Assembly (NCBI GenBank): GCA_049521795.1
Contig: JBEKOM010000005.1
Location: 40,658-104,657 of the forward strand
Reading direction: 5' to 3'
Source: Candidatus Bathyarchaeia archaeon
Lineage (GTDB): Archaea > Thermoproteota > Bathyarchaeia > Bathyarchaeales > Bathycorpusculaceae
Length of the DNA: 64,000 nucleotides
Made by a program: the position numbers and the translations under genes. The notes under the pieces were generated by a model. The model did no database searches. It saw only the letters and a list, made by a program, of their open reading frames with translations, and was not told the DNA's origin. Position 1 is the stretch's first letter. Each line of letters starts with the position of its first letter. Below are positions 18,529 to 28,640 of the stretch, piece by piece.

Positions 18529-18981
18529 TTGATGAGCGAAAGATACGCATTCGTTATGATGGTCATGGAGAAATGGTGGGTTGCGTTTTGCAGGCGTAGC
18601 GAAGAAGGAAAGAATGTTCATTCCTTTGTCATCAGGGGGGCGGCGCCGCCTAAGAGCACTTTGCTCATTCATTTTTACGTGACCAAGCCTGTTAGCGCGA
18701 TCGCTGGTTACGCTCACTTCATCGAGCGCGTGGTGGGAAACCCGCAGGAGTTGTGGAGCAGGTTCGGAGGTGAATCGGTTCTCGGTTCCAATGCTCGATA
18801 TGAGGAATTCGTTGGCAATACGTTGGAAGTGTCTTTTGTCAGGTTCAAGGATCTGAATGTAGCCGTGAACCCGATATCTCTCAGCCGTCTTCTCATGTTC
18901 TTAGGTGTCAAGAGGCTTTCGAGAAAAGGTTTCTACGTGAACAACAAATTGTCTGATACGCTTATATCAATGATGGAATAG
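18529..18981 (+). CDS. PUA-like (EVE/ASCH/DUF365-type) protein
   Basis: FYVTKPVSAIAGYA....G.P.ELW pattern typical of PUA-like domains. Confidence 0.55.
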   Translation: MMSERYAFVMMVMEKWWVAFCRRSEEGKNVHSFVIRGAAPPKSTLLIHFYVTKPVSAIAGYAHFIERVVGNPQELWSRFGGESVLGSNARYEEFVGNTLEVSFVRFKDLNVAVNPISLSRLLMFLGVKRLSRKGFYVNNKLSDTLISMME

Positions 18982-19156
18982 ACAGAAACGGTTCCTGTCC
19001 GTTCACTGACGTTCCTGCAATCAATGGCAAAAAGTTAATAGGTCGCCGTTTTTACATGCATTTAGCTCATCTTCAGGCGTGACAATCAAGTATGTTTGTT
19101 GAACTCCGTACGAGCTACATCAGCGTTAGGCATTCTTCTCTTAGGGTAAAGAGGGT

Positions 19157-21379
19157 TTGACGATGGTAAAGTATAGGCAGGTTGAAGAGATTCAGAAGTT
19201 GATGAATTATCCAGAAATGATCAGGAACACGAGCATCATCGCCCACGTGGATCATGGCAAGACCACTCTTTCAGACAGTCTTCTGGCCGCTGCAGGCATA
19301 ATAAGCGAGCAGAGGGCAGGTCAGCAGCTTGCACTTGACTCGTGGGAGCTTGAGCAGAAGAGGCAGATGACAGTGTTTGCTTCAAACATCAGCCTAGCTC
19401 ACACCTACGAGGGAAAAGAGTACCTGATCAACCTGATTGACACGCCGGGGCACATTGACTTCAGCGGGGCGGTGACGAGAAGTTTGCGAGCCGTTGACGG
19501 GGCGCTGGTCGTTGTGGACGCTGTTGAAGGGCCTATGACTCAGACTGAAACGGTTCTGATGCAAGCCTTGCGTGAGAGGGTGAAGCCGATTCTCTTCATA
19601 AACAAGGTTGACAGGCTCATTAAGGAGATAAAGCTGACGCCGGAGGAGATTCAGCGGAAGTTCGCCAAAATAATTACTAGAGTGAACGGCCTCATCGAAA
19701 AGTACGCGCCGGTCGAGCACAAGAAGGATTGGCAAGTCAAGGCTGAGAACGGGTCAGTGGCCTTCGGCTCAGCTCTTCACAAGTGGGGACTAAACCTGCC
19801 CCACATGAAGGCGAAAGGCGTAACCTTCAAGGACATCGTTGACGCTTACCTCGGAGAAAAGGAAGAGATTGACAGGAAAGTCGACGCTTTAAGCAAGAGG
19901 GCACCGCTTGCCGAGCCTATACTGGACATGTTCGTCGAACACCTGCCCAACCCATTGCAGGCACAAGCGTTCAGACAGGGCCAAATCTGGCCAGGAGACC
20001 CGAACAGTCCAGTGGGCATTGGCATGGCCAAAGTGGATCCAAAGGGGCCCCTCTTGATGTGCATCTCAACTATTGAAGTTGACCCCAACCGCGGAGTCGT
20101 TGCCATCGGACGCGTTTTCAGCGGCACGGTTGAGAAGGGCAAAGTCGTTCAACTCATCACGGCCAGAGCGAAAGGCCCGATTCAACAGGTCTTCATGAGC
20201 ATGGCTGTTGACAAGGTGATAATAGACAGGGTTCCGGCTGGAAACATAGCGGCACTTTCTGGGCTGCCGTCTATGCACGTCGGCGAAACAGTCGCAGAAG
20301 ACGGTGTGGAAACGCAGGCGTTCGAAGGGTTGAAGTACGTTTCGGACCCAGTGGTCACTGTCGCCGTGGAGCCTGTCGACGTCACGGAACTACCGCTCTT
20401 CGACAAGGTTATGCGCAAGCTGACAACCGAGGACCCGAACTTACACTTCCTCATAAACAAGGAGAGCGGAGAGTACCTCCTCAGCGGCATGGGCGAACTG
20501 CACCTGGAAATCACGGCCTATCGAATGCAGGAAGCAAACCTCAAGGTGAAGACCAGCAAACCAATAGTGATTTACCGCGAAACGATCAGCCACGACTACA
20601 AGGGACCGGCAGTGATGGGCAAAAGTCCCAACAAACACAACAAACTGTGGGTCACAATGGAGAAATTACCCGAAGAAGTGATCGAAGCGATAAAGGCTGG
20701 AAAGATATCCGAGATGCAGAGCAAAGACGACAGAGTAAAAATCCTTAAGGGGTTCGGCTGGGAAACAGACGACGCTAAGGGCGTCGTGGCGATCGAGGGC
20801 AACAACATTCTCGTCAACAGGATAAAGGGAAGACAATACGTAGATGAAGTGATGGACCACATCAAATCAGGCTTCCGCGAAGCAACGTTCACCTCCGTGC
20901 TAGCAAAAGAACCCGCGTACGGGCTGAAGGTCAACCTGGAAGACATCACGGTTCACGAGGACCCCGTGCACAGAGGACCAGCACAGATACTGCCCATGAC
21001 TTGGCGACCAATCTGGTGCACCTTTCTGCTTAGCGACCCGAAGCTACTAGAACCGCTCATAAGCTTCGAATGCAAGGTTCCAAACCAGTTCGTGAGCAGC
21101 ATCATCGCAACAGTTCAGAAACGCCGAGGCAAAATCCTAGACATGACAAACGAAGAGGACATGATCATCGTCAAAGCAGAGATGCCCGTGTCTGAATCAT
21201 TCGGTTTGGCCGAAGAGCTGCGCTCATCAACGGAGGGGAGAGCCTTCTGGGCCACACAGTTCAGCCGATGGGCTCAAGTTCCGGAGCAGATGCAGCCCGA
21301 AATAGTGAAGCAGATCCGCGAACGCAGAGGCTTAGCGCCGACTCCGCCGAGAGCAGAGGAGTTCTTCGAAGAAGCATAA
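19157..21379 (+). CDS. fusA: Archaeal translation elongation factor 2
   Basis: AHVDHGKTT, DTPGH, NKVD, GMGELHL, SPNKHN and the diphthamide loop HEDPVHRGPAQI. Switch I reads RQMT. Confidence 0.95.
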   Translation: MTMVKYRQVEEIQKLMNYPEMIRNTSIIAHVDHGKTTLSDSLLAAAGIISEQRAGQQLALDSWELEQKRQMTVFASNISLAHTYEGKEYLINLIDTPGHIDFSGAVTRSLRAVDGALVVVDAVEGPMTQTETVLMQALRERVKPILFINKVDRLIKEIKLTPEEIQRKFAKIITRVNGLIEKYAPVEHKKDWQVKAENGSVAFGSALHKWGLNLPHMKAKGVTFKDIVDAYLGEKEEIDRKVDALSKRAPLAEPILDMFVEHLPNPLQAQAFRQGQIWPGDPNSPVGIGMAKVDPKGPLLMCISTIEVDPNRGVVAIGRVFSGTVEKGKVVQLITARAKGPIQQVFMSMAVDKVIIDRVPAGNIAALSGLPSMHVGETVAEDGVETQAFEGLKYVSDPVVTVAVEPVDVTELPLFDKVMRKLTTEDPNLHFLINKESGEYLLSGMGELHLEITAYRMQEANLKVKTSKPIVIYRETISHDYKGPAVMGKSPNKHNKLWVTMEKLPEEVIEAIKAGKISEMQSKDDRVKILKGFGWETDDAKGVVAIEGNNILVNRIKGRQYVDEVMDHIKSGFREATFTSVLAKEPAYGLKVNLEDITVHEDPVHRGPAQILPMTWRPIWCTFLLSDPKLLEPLISFECKVPNQFVSSIIATVQKRRGKILDMTNEEDMIIVKAEMPVSESFGLAEELRSSTEGRAFWATQFSRWAQVPEQMQPEIVKQIRERRGLAPTPPRAEEFFEEA

Positions 21380-21482
21380 AAAAAGACAAACGCCCATTCT
21401 CCACTTTTCGTTCGCTATCCCTGTCCACTCGCTTTCAGCAAACCTTATTGATTTTGACATGTATACTTCTTGACGAATTACT

Positions 21483-22079
21483 ATGATAGTCGGCATCTGT
21501 GGCAGTCCGAGGAAACAGGCAACGGAACACGTGTTAAGGGAAGCATTAAACATGCTTGAAAAGAAGGGTTTCCAGACAGAATTCTTCACGGTCAGAGGCA
21601 AAAACATCGGCTTTTGTCAGCACTGCGACTATTGCATGAGAAGCAAAGAGTGCAAGCTGAAGGATGACATGTACACGCTTTATCCTTCACTCAGAGATGC
21701 TGAAGGACTGGTATTTGCGACGCCCGTCTACAACGGCGGAATAAGCGCACAGACAAAAGCGGTCATGGACAGATGCAGGGCTCTGTTTGCAGTTGACAAG
21801 AACGCTTTCAGGTGCAAGGTTGGGATGGCCATCGCCGTCGGAGGAGACAGGGCTGGAGGACAGGAGCTGGCGATCCAGCAGATCATAACGTTCTACGTTT
21901 TAAACGGGGTCATTCCAATCAGCGGAGGCGCCTTCGGAGCCAACCTCGGTGCAACCTTCTGGTCAAAAGACACGTTGAAAGACGTAAAACAGGATGAAGA
22001 AGGCTTCCGAAGTCTGAGAAAAACGGTGACAAAGTTCGCAGAGTTTCTGAGAGAGTCTGAGGAGAGAAAACGAGTTTAG
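21483..22079 (+). CDS. Iron-sulfur flavoprotein (Isf/flavodoxin-like)
   Basis: GICGSPRK, CxxCxxCx4C cluster, ATPVY and GGDRAGGQE. Confidence 0.88.
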   Translation: MIVGICGSPRKQATEHVLREALNMLEKKGFQTEFFTVRGKNIGFCQHCDYCMRSKECKLKDDMYTLYPSLRDAEGLVFATPVYNGGISAQTKAVMDRCRALFAVDKNAFRCKVGMAIAVGGDRAGGQELAIQQIITFYVLNGVIPISGGAFGANLGATFWSKDTLKDVKQDEEGFRSLRKTVTKFAEFLRESEERKRV

Positions 22080-22090
22080 GGCGTGGAACC

Positions 22091-22681
22091 ACGAGCGCAG
22101 ATCTGGCGAAAGCAGAAAAGAAGAGAAAAGTAGCTTGGGGAATCACAGGCAGCGGCGACAGACTGGCAGAAACACTCAACGTCATGAAGGAATTAAGAGA
22201 GCGATACAAGAACGAGGTTGACATAAGAGTTTTTCTTTCAAAGGCCGGGGAACAGGTCGTCAGATGGTACAAACTGTACGATCAGCTCAAGCAAAACTTC
22301 GAAAAGGTTTGGGTTGAGTTCAATTCTAACTCGCCCTTTCTTGCCGGCGACTTAGAAGTGCGAGAGTACGAGTTCTTGTTGATTGCGCCTTCAACATCCA
22401 ACACCGTGGCGAAAATCGCAGCCGGAATATCGGACACGCTGCTTTGCAACTCGGCGATCATGGCGTTGAAAGCCTCCGTTCCCGTGTATATTATGCCGAG
22501 CGATTACAAGGAAGGAGCAGTGGTCACAAGGCTTCCGAACGGAACAGATTTCACGTTGAGGGTGAGAAGGGAAGACGCAGAAAACACGAGAAAGCTGGCC
22601 AGAATGGACTGCGTGTTCGTGCTTGAAAAACCTGAGGATGTCAATCAGGTCTTCATGAAGCACTTCGGACCAAGAGAGTAA
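22091..22681 (+). CDS. afpA: Archaeoflavoprotein AfpA; start codon uncertain (ACG 22091 or CTG 22103)
   Basis: KVAWGITGSGD lies in frame upstream of the first ATG (22184). FLSKAGEQVVRWY, NSPFLAG, APSTSNTVAKIA and VYIMPSDY also match. Confidence 0.85.
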   Translation, partial: TSADLAKAEKKRKVAWGITGSGDRLAETLNVMKELRERYKNEVDIRVFLSKAGEQVVRWYKLYDQLKQNFEKVWVEFNSNSPFLAGDLEVREYEFLLIAPSTSNTVAKIAAGISDTLLCNSAIMALKASVPVYIMPSDYKEGAVVTRLPNGTDFTLRVRREDAENTRKLARMDCVFVLEKPEDVNQVFMKHFGPRE

Positions 22682-22705
22682 ATGAGAAGCCTTGGTGCAT
22701 GAACA

Positions 22706-22975
22706 GTGGTCAGCTTTGCAGTGCTCGTGCTCCCGTTGATTGCCGGATTATTCTCCGGCTACTTGCTCCGCGAAAAAAGGAAAGTTAGCCTCGCCAAAGC
22801 CACGCTGGGCATCATTTTGATCCTGATCTTCTCACTTGGATTCACCATAGGATCAAACAACGAACTGCTCGGTTCAATGTCTAGCGTCGGGCTCAGCGCG
22901 CTTCTAATGGCGTTGCTTGCCATCGGATTCAGCGTGCTTTTTGTAGCCTTGATAAGAAAACGGGTGAGAATATGA
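22706..22975 (+). CDS. Small membrane protein, N-terminal part of a split LysO/DUF340 transporter
   Basis: Three hydrophobic segments and LILIFSLGFTIGSN. Overlaps the next gene (ATGA). Confidence 0.7.
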   Translation: MVSFAVLVLPLIAGLFSGYLLREKRKVSLAKATLGIILILIFSLGFTIGSNNELLGSMSSVGLSALLMALLAIGFSVLFVALIRKRVRI

Positions 22976-23580
22976 TTAAATTCATTTTAGCAGCCCTTGC
23001 GATCGGAGTGGTTGCGGGCTACGTAAACAACAATCTGGCGACCTTCGTTGCGAGCAGCTGGGTTACCGATTACTTGTTCTACGCTTCTCTTTTGGTGTTG
23101 CTTTTCGTGATGGGACTGTCGTTTGGAATTGATAAGGAGGCTGTAGCCAAGCTGAGGAGCAAGGGCCTCAAGATCCTTGTCGTTCCCGTCGTTGTTGCTT
23201 TGGGAAGCATCCTTGGTGGGCTGATCGGCGGGTTGATTCTCAGACTAGACATATATGCGTCTATGGCCGTAACCGCCGGGTACGGTTGGTACACCTTGAC
23301 GGGCCCCTTGATTAAACCGATTCTAGGAACTCAATGGGCCGCTATGGGGTTTGCAGTCAACTTCTTGAGAGAACTGCTGACGATAATCACGGTCTCATTG
23401 ATGGTGAAAGTTGACAAGTATGCGCCGATCGCTTCTGGCGGCGCAACAACGATGGACACAACGTTGCCTGTGATCGTGCGCTACTGCGGATCTGACGTGT
23501 TGATAACGGCTTTTTCAAGCGGTTTCACGCTAACCATGATCGCACCTTTCACAGTAGTGGCATTGGCCTCGTTGAAGTAG
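22972..23580 (+). CDS. LysO/DUF340 family exporter
   Basis: GYGWYTLTG, NFLRELL and GGATTMDTTLPVI. Confidence 0.88.
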   Translation: MIKFILAALAIGVVAGYVNNNLATFVASSWVTDYLFYASLLVLLFVMGLSFGIDKEAVAKLRSKGLKILVVPVVVALGSILGGLIGGLILRLDIYASMAVTAGYGWYTLTGPLIKPILGTQWAAMGFAVNFLRELLTIITVSLMVKVDKYAPIASGGATTMDTTLPVIVRYCGSDVLITAFSSGFTLTMIAPFTVVALASLK

Positions 23581-23695
23581 CACAGCGCCGGTTATTTTCG
23601 ATTAAGGTACATGACTAGGATACTGTAAAATTGGCGCGAGCTGATGAAATAATTAATCTTAAATAGGGTCTGAGAATTTTATGCTTTGAATACTT

Positions 23696-23896
23696 ATGGT
23701 GACTGGTATCTTCCCAGCTGTTGGTTTTACGCTTACAGTAATAGGCTTGATTCTTATATTAAGAGCAACGGGGATGGTTAATAGAAGTAGCCCATTTTTT
23801 ACGCGCAGAATTAGAATCGGTGGATTCCTGTTGTTTGTGGGCGTAATAATCATCGTTCTCAGTTTAGCCCTCGATCGATCGTTCTGGGTAACTTGA
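23696..23896 (+). CDS. Small two-TM hypothetical protein
   Basis: 66-aa ORF with two hydrophobic helices. AT-rich TATA-like sequence upstream. Confidence 0.45.
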   Translation: MVTGIFPAVGFTLTVIGLILILRATGMVNRSSPFFTRRIRIGGFLLFVGVIIIVLSLALDRSFWVT

Positions 23897-23972
23897 CTTG
23901 ACAGAACCCACAGCCCCAAATAGTTTTAAGTACATGCTATGATTTGACGGAATATCCACGGCGCGTGGCAGT

Positions 23973-25121
23973 ATGAGCTTCGATTTCAAGCGAAGACTGG
24001 TCAGCCTTCAAGAAAGGATGGAAGATCTCGACTTAGACCTAGTTGTGTACGGGTCATGCCAGAATTTCCAATATTTGACAGGACTCTTGTTCGACTGGCG
24101 TCATGGAACAGACCTTGCAAGCCAAGCAAACAACATCTTTGTACCTAGAAAGGGGCAACCGATTCTCACACTTGGCGAGGAATGGTCAGAACAAGCTGCT
24201 CAGACCTGGGTAAAAGAAGTCAGGTCGCTGGAAGAGAAAGACAGTTTTGAGAAACTGGTTCGAAAAGTCATATCAGACTTAGAATCGAACGTGAAGAAAG
24301 TTGGAATTGGAGACCACGTCTGGGGGTCAACAGTCATAGAAATCGCGAAAGCGGTGAAAAGCAGGGTTTTCTTCAAGGCCGAACATCTCATGGACCATGT
24401 TAGGATGATCAAGGATTCTGGAGAAGTCTCCAGGCTGAGGAAGGTCGCGGAGCTGACTGACAGAGCGGTCGAGGCAGTCACGCAGAAGATTAAGGAAGGT
24501 GTGACTCAGCGACAGATGCAGCTCGATGTCGAGTTTGAGGGCAGACGTTTTGGGGCGTCAGACGTTTCCTTCCCCGCTACGGTTGGATTCGTCAAGTCTG
24601 GGTCAGAGATTTCGCCCGACCCTTTTACTTACCCGAAAGAGAAGGGTTTGGTGCTGGGCACTTCGATAGCTTTTGACGTGGGGTTCGTGTTTGACGGGTA
24701 CTGCTCCGACTTTGGGAGAAGCTTCTACTTTGGACCTGCTGGCAGAGAGGTGAAGAAAGGATACGAAGCTTTGCAACAGTCAGTTGTCGAAACGGTGGAA
24801 AAAATGAAGAAAGGAAGCATGCGTGTCTGCGATGTCTTCCCAGCAATAGAAAAGACTCTGGACAGGTTGGGTTACGGTGATTACTTGCGCGCTCGTTTAC
24901 AGACGAAATCAGTCGGACACAACATTGGTGTTGAAGTGCATGAGCCCCCATGGCTTAGCCCTGAGTATGGCGAAAGACTGCAATCGAACATGGTAATGGC
25001 CTTAGAGCCTAAGATCTGGCACAAAGGCGAATACTATCTTCGAGTAGAAGATATGGTACTAGTGGGACCACGAAAGATCGAATTCTTGACGAACTTCGAC
25101 AGAAAACTCTTCCAGTTGTAA
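23973..25121 (+). CDS. Xaa-Pro peptidase (M24B family)
   Basis: RMIKD, FDVG, GYCSDFGR, GHNIGVEVHEPP, LEP and RVED metal ligands. Confidence 0.92.
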   Translation: MSFDFKRRLVSLQERMEDLDLDLVVYGSCQNFQYLTGLLFDWRHGTDLASQANNIFVPRKGQPILTLGEEWSEQAAQTWVKEVRSLEEKDSFEKLVRKVISDLESNVKKVGIGDHVWGSTVIEIAKAVKSRVFFKAEHLMDHVRMIKDSGEVSRLRKVAELTDRAVEAVTQKIKEGVTQRQMQLDVEFEGRRFGASDVSFPATVGFVKSGSEISPDPFTYPKEKGLVLGTSIAFDVGFVFDGYCSDFGRSFYFGPAGREVKKGYEALQQSVVETVEKMKKGSMRVCDVFPAIEKTLDRLGYGDYLRARLQTKSVGHNIGVEVHEPPWLSPEYGERLQSNMVMALEPKIWHKGEYYLRVEDMVLVGPRKIEFLTNFDRKLFQL

Positions 25122-25162
25122 CGCGGCCGTTCTAGACGCGTGAAGAGGAGAGGTGAGTCGAA

Positions 25163-25756
25163 ATGACTGAGGAAAAAGGAAATCTAGAAGAAGAGTTGAA
25201 ACCATTTAGGGATCTGATTCCGAGCGACGTGGAGAAAGAACTGAAAAAGGCGATAAGAGAGAATGACGGAGACAAAATCAAGACTTTGCTTGAAGAAAAA
25301 ATCAACCCTATACTTGACAGCTACGCAGCGAAAATCAAGAACCCTGACCTCAATGAGGGAGAACAAACCTTGTGGGTTCACGAAGTCACAAGAGGAATTT
25401 TTCACAAAGAGACAGTTGAAAAGTGGACCATTACAAATTTGAGAGCTATGAAGTATTATCCGGTGACTGAAGAAAACCCGACACAGCGTTTAGACTCCGT
25501 CGGCCTCGCCGTCTGTGAAACAGTAATCATGAATCAGCGTAGGGTCTCCAAGGGACAGCGTGTTGGCAACTTCACAGGAGTGTCCAGCGGCGTTCTTGTA
25601 GGCACAAGCGTGGGCTCCAGCACAAGTACAAGCACAACTTACGGAGATCTGGTTTTCTTTGTCAAGGGCACAGAAAAGCTTTGTTTTCCACGTATCAGTG
25701 ATCCCCATGGCGTTCAACATATGATTCAAACCATCAAAAAGCAAAGCAAGCGTTAA
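25163..25756 (+). CDS. Hypothetical protein (possible PH-like domain)
   Basis: 197-aa ORF with strong SD GAGGTGA. ITNLR and GDLVFF...ISDP patterns. Confidence 0.65.
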   Translation: MTEEKGNLEEELKPFRDLIPSDVEKELKKAIRENDGDKIKTLLEEKINPILDSYAAKIKNPDLNEGEQTLWVHEVTRGIFHKETVEKWTITNLRAMKYYPVTEENPTQRLDSVGLAVCETVIMNQRRVSKGQRVGNFTGVSSGVLVGTSVGSSTSTSTTYGDLVFFVKGTEKLCFPRISDPHGVQHMIQTIKKQSKR

Positions 25757-25856
25757 GCCTCGACCCTGACCTTTCCTGCTTTGGTCTCTTGCACCAGTTC
25801 TTTCAGCGATTCCAAATCCTTCTCACTGATGCCAAATATCCCAGTTTCAGCAGGGT
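25753..25856 (-). pseudogene. Possible C-terminal gene remnant
   Basis: Reads PAETGIFGISEKDLESLKELVQETKAGKVRVEA-stop, which is protein-like, with no recognisable start nearby. Confidence 0.25.
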
Positions 25857-26142
25857 TGGTTCAGCGCGGGCACGAGACCTGCGTTTCCGAGCTGTGCATG
25901 CCCAAGCCTTGTTGAGTTACAAGAAGAGAAAGGCATCTTAACACAAGCAGAATATGAAAAACGAATCATGGAAAAAGTCAAAATCAAATAGTCAAAGACG
26001 TTAAAAGCAAAGGATTAAAATTAGGTGGAAATGCTTGAGCAGAAAAATGATGTGTTCCTTCTAGGAGTTGCGGGTGACGGGGAAACCCACAACAAAAGGC
26101 GGCGTAAAAAATGGGAAGTTCTTTTTCATTACCTCGCACGTG

Positions 26143-26535
26143 CTACTTCTTGGCAGCCTTGCTAACGTATGCGCCTATTTGTTCTGTCTCTTTAGCGAAG
26201 GTCTCGTAGGAGTAGTTTTGGGCGTGAATCATGGCGCTCCACCTAGAAGTGTAGCTGGCCAAAAATGCAATCTCTGCAAATTCCTCCTTCGTGGCACCGT
26301 ACATTTTGGCTACGCTCATGTGGAAGAGCTGGCAGTACGGGCATTTTATGTTGGCTGCAACTGCTAATCCCATCAGCTCCCTGTACTTCGCGGGTATCTT
26401 ACTCTCCCCCAAGGTGTACTTTTTGAAAAGAGGCCAGTCATGTACAAGGACATCCTTTGGTAGAGCTTCCATGAAGCCCGGAACAATACCGAGGCTTTTC
26501 TTAATGTCACTCAGCGTATCTTCATATTCTCCCAT
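26143..26535 (-). CDS. Carboxymuconolactone decarboxylase/AhpD family protein
   Basis: KYRELMGLAVAANIKCPYCQLFH and SD GGAGGTGA. Confidence 0.9.
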   Translation of the reverse strand: MGEYEDTLSDIKKSLGIVPGFMEALPKDVLVHDWPLFKKYTLGESKIPAKYRELMGLAVAANIKCPYCQLFHMSVAKMYGATKEEFAEIAFLASYTSRWSAMIHAQNYSYETFAKETEQIGAYVSKAAKK

Positions 26536-26736
26536 TGTGTCTCACCTCCGATTTTGAGTGATTTACATCCGATAACTCACTTTTAAACGCCTATCGGTCA
26601 GGAACTACAGTACCGAAATGCATATAGCACGATCGGATAACCCGCGCTTGCGAAAGAAGGAACGCAGACTATCATGTTGGGTAACTTAACTTAGCAGTAC
26701 CCTCATGCCCAAAGGCTTATTAGCGGATGTATTTCC

Positions 26737-27861
26737 GTGGTATCCATGGAATCTGCTAACATTGTGATCATAGGAGCAGGCGTCGTAGGTCTGGCTGTTG
26801 CAGCCAGCGTTTCTGAGCATAGTGACGGCGTGTATGTTTTTGAGAAGAACGCGCGGTACGGCCAAGAGACAAGCAGCCACAACAGTGCCGTCATCCATTC
26901 GGGCATTCATTACCGTAACAATTCTTTGAAAGCGAAGCTGTGCGTGAAAGGAAACAGGATGCTGTACGAGCTTTGCGAGAAATATCAGATTCCCTTCAAG
27001 AGGCTGGGCAAGCTGACCGTGGCCATTGGGGAAGAAGAGGTAGACGAGCTTGACAAGCTGATGAGGATGGGCACGGACAACGGTGCGCAAGGCTTAAGGT
27101 TCTTGGACGGAGAAGATGTTAAGAAGTTGGAATCGAACGTTGAGGTTGAGAAGGCTCTTCTCTCACCATCAACCGGCATAATTGAGCCAGATGAGCTGAT
27201 GAATCATTTCTATGCGCGCATGCGCAAGAACAACGCGGTCTTGTCAACGGAGACTGAGCTTCAAAGCTTGAAGAAGGTCAACGATGGTTACGAACTGGGG
27301 GGAGTGAGCATGGGTGAGAAGTTTCACGTTACCGCCAAGACCGTGGTGAACTGTGCTGGGCTGTATTCCGACAGAGTTGCAGCCATGGCAGGGCTGGACG
27401 TGGACAAGATTGGCTACAGGCTTTACCCGTGTAAGGGAGACTATTTCAGAGTGGCTGGAAAACCTCTCGTCAAGATGCTTGTTTATCCAGTTCCGAAAGG
27501 GCCCGGCCTAGGCATCCATCTGACGCCCGACCTAGGCGGGTCGATTAGGCTGGGACCGAACGCTTACTACGTTGACAAGATTGACTACACCGTCGAGTCC
27601 AACGAGAAAGAGTTTCGAGAAGACGTGACACGGTTTGTGCCGAAGATCCGCGATTATCAGATTCATGAGGATTCTTCTGGCATAAGACCGAAGCTTGAGG
27701 GGCCAAACGACGGTTTTAAGGATTTTGTCATAAGACACGAGGCTGACCGAGGCCTTTTCGGTTTCATCAACCTAGTCGGAATAGAGTCCCCAGGACTGAC
27801 AGCCGCTCCGGCAATAGGCGAGCTTGTCGCTGATTTAATAGAGAGCGAAATCAAGAAATAA
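26737..27861 (+). CDS. FAD-dependent oxidoreductase (L-2-hydroxyglutarate oxidase LhgO-like)
   Basis: IIGAGVVG, TSSHNSAVIHSGI, NCAGLYSD, KGDY, LGIH and GIESPGLT. Confidence 0.88.
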   Translation: MVSMESANIVIIGAGVVGLAVAASVSEHSDGVYVFEKNARYGQETSSHNSAVIHSGIHYRNNSLKAKLCVKGNRMLYELCEKYQIPFKRLGKLTVAIGEEEVDELDKLMRMGTDNGAQGLRFLDGEDVKKLESNVEVEKALLSPSTGIIEPDELMNHFYARMRKNNAVLSTETELQSLKKVNDGYELGGVSMGEKFHVTAKTVVNCAGLYSDRVAAMAGLDVDKIGYRLYPCKGDYFRVAGKPLVKMLVYPVPKGPGLGIHLTPDLGGSIRLGPNAYYVDKIDYTVESNEKEFREDVTRFVPKIRDYQIHEDSSGIRPKLEGPNDGFKDFVIRHEADRGLFGFINLVGIESPGLTAAPAIGELVADLIESEIKK

Positions 27862-27904
27862 GGCCCCAATTGGCACTGACATCCGGAGCGAAAGTGGGAT
27901 AATG

Positions 27905-28309
27905 CTAATCAAATGTGCGCGCGTTTGCCCTGCCAAAGATTAAAAAGGCGATGCTGGAGTAAATCGGGTAGAACCATTCGACTGCAATCCAGTAGCCTTT
28001 CGACATAGTTATTTGCAGGTTTAAGACAAGGGCAACATCATCCAGGCTGATTAATACGAGAGCGAAAAGATACGAAAGAAACACCAGCGTCGTAACTACG
28101 TTGAATCTTAAGCCACCCTTTACTTTGCCATAGAGCATGAAAACCACGATTGAGGCAAGCGCGTACAGGACATCAAGGGGCTTCCAGAAGGCATGTCCAA
28201 AAATCATATCCAGATTTCCAACTGAGCCTACTAAATGTGCATCTCCAAAAGTAAGTAAAATTAGAAGTATGCCAAAAGTAAGCGCTATAATTTCGCTTTT
28301 CAAACCCAT
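27905..28309 (-). CDS. Four-TM hypothetical membrane protein
   Basis: Four hydrophobic segments, 134 aa. Confidence 0.65.
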   Translation of the reverse strand: MGLKSEIIALTFGILLILLTFGDAHLVGSVGNLDMIFGHAFWKPLDVLYALASIVVFMLYGKVKGGLRFNVVTTLVFLSYLFALVLISLDDVALVLNLQITMSKGYWIAVEWFYPIYSSIAFLIFGRANARTFD

Positions 28310-28312
28310 ATT

Positions 28313-28537
28313 TCAATAACCCGAGCGTAAAAGCAACACAGCAATACTGTTAAGTCTTTTGCGATGCTCTGCCAAAAATAAGCCGCGATGCTTGAGTTCT
28401 ACCTCAAGAGTTATCTGAAGTTTCTTCATCCTTTTCCATACAGCTTTTCTCTCTCCATTGAAAAGTTCATTCTCTATTTTGGAATCTGTAAAAGCAGCAA
28501 AATCGCTCTGCGAAAAACCAGTAAATGAATCGCCCAT
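28313..28537 (-). pseudogene. Short or truncated ORF resembling the N-terminus of DUF1054/DUF2461-like proteins
   Basis: Starts FTGFSQSDFAAF but stops after 74 aa. Confidence 0.35.
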
Positions 28538-28640
28538 CAGATATCCTTACCGCTAATTGTTCTGTATCGATAATTTGATTCTTAAGACTTTAGCTCACAA
28601 TTGGACTCAAAGAAATATTGAAGAAACAAACGTTGCCAAA

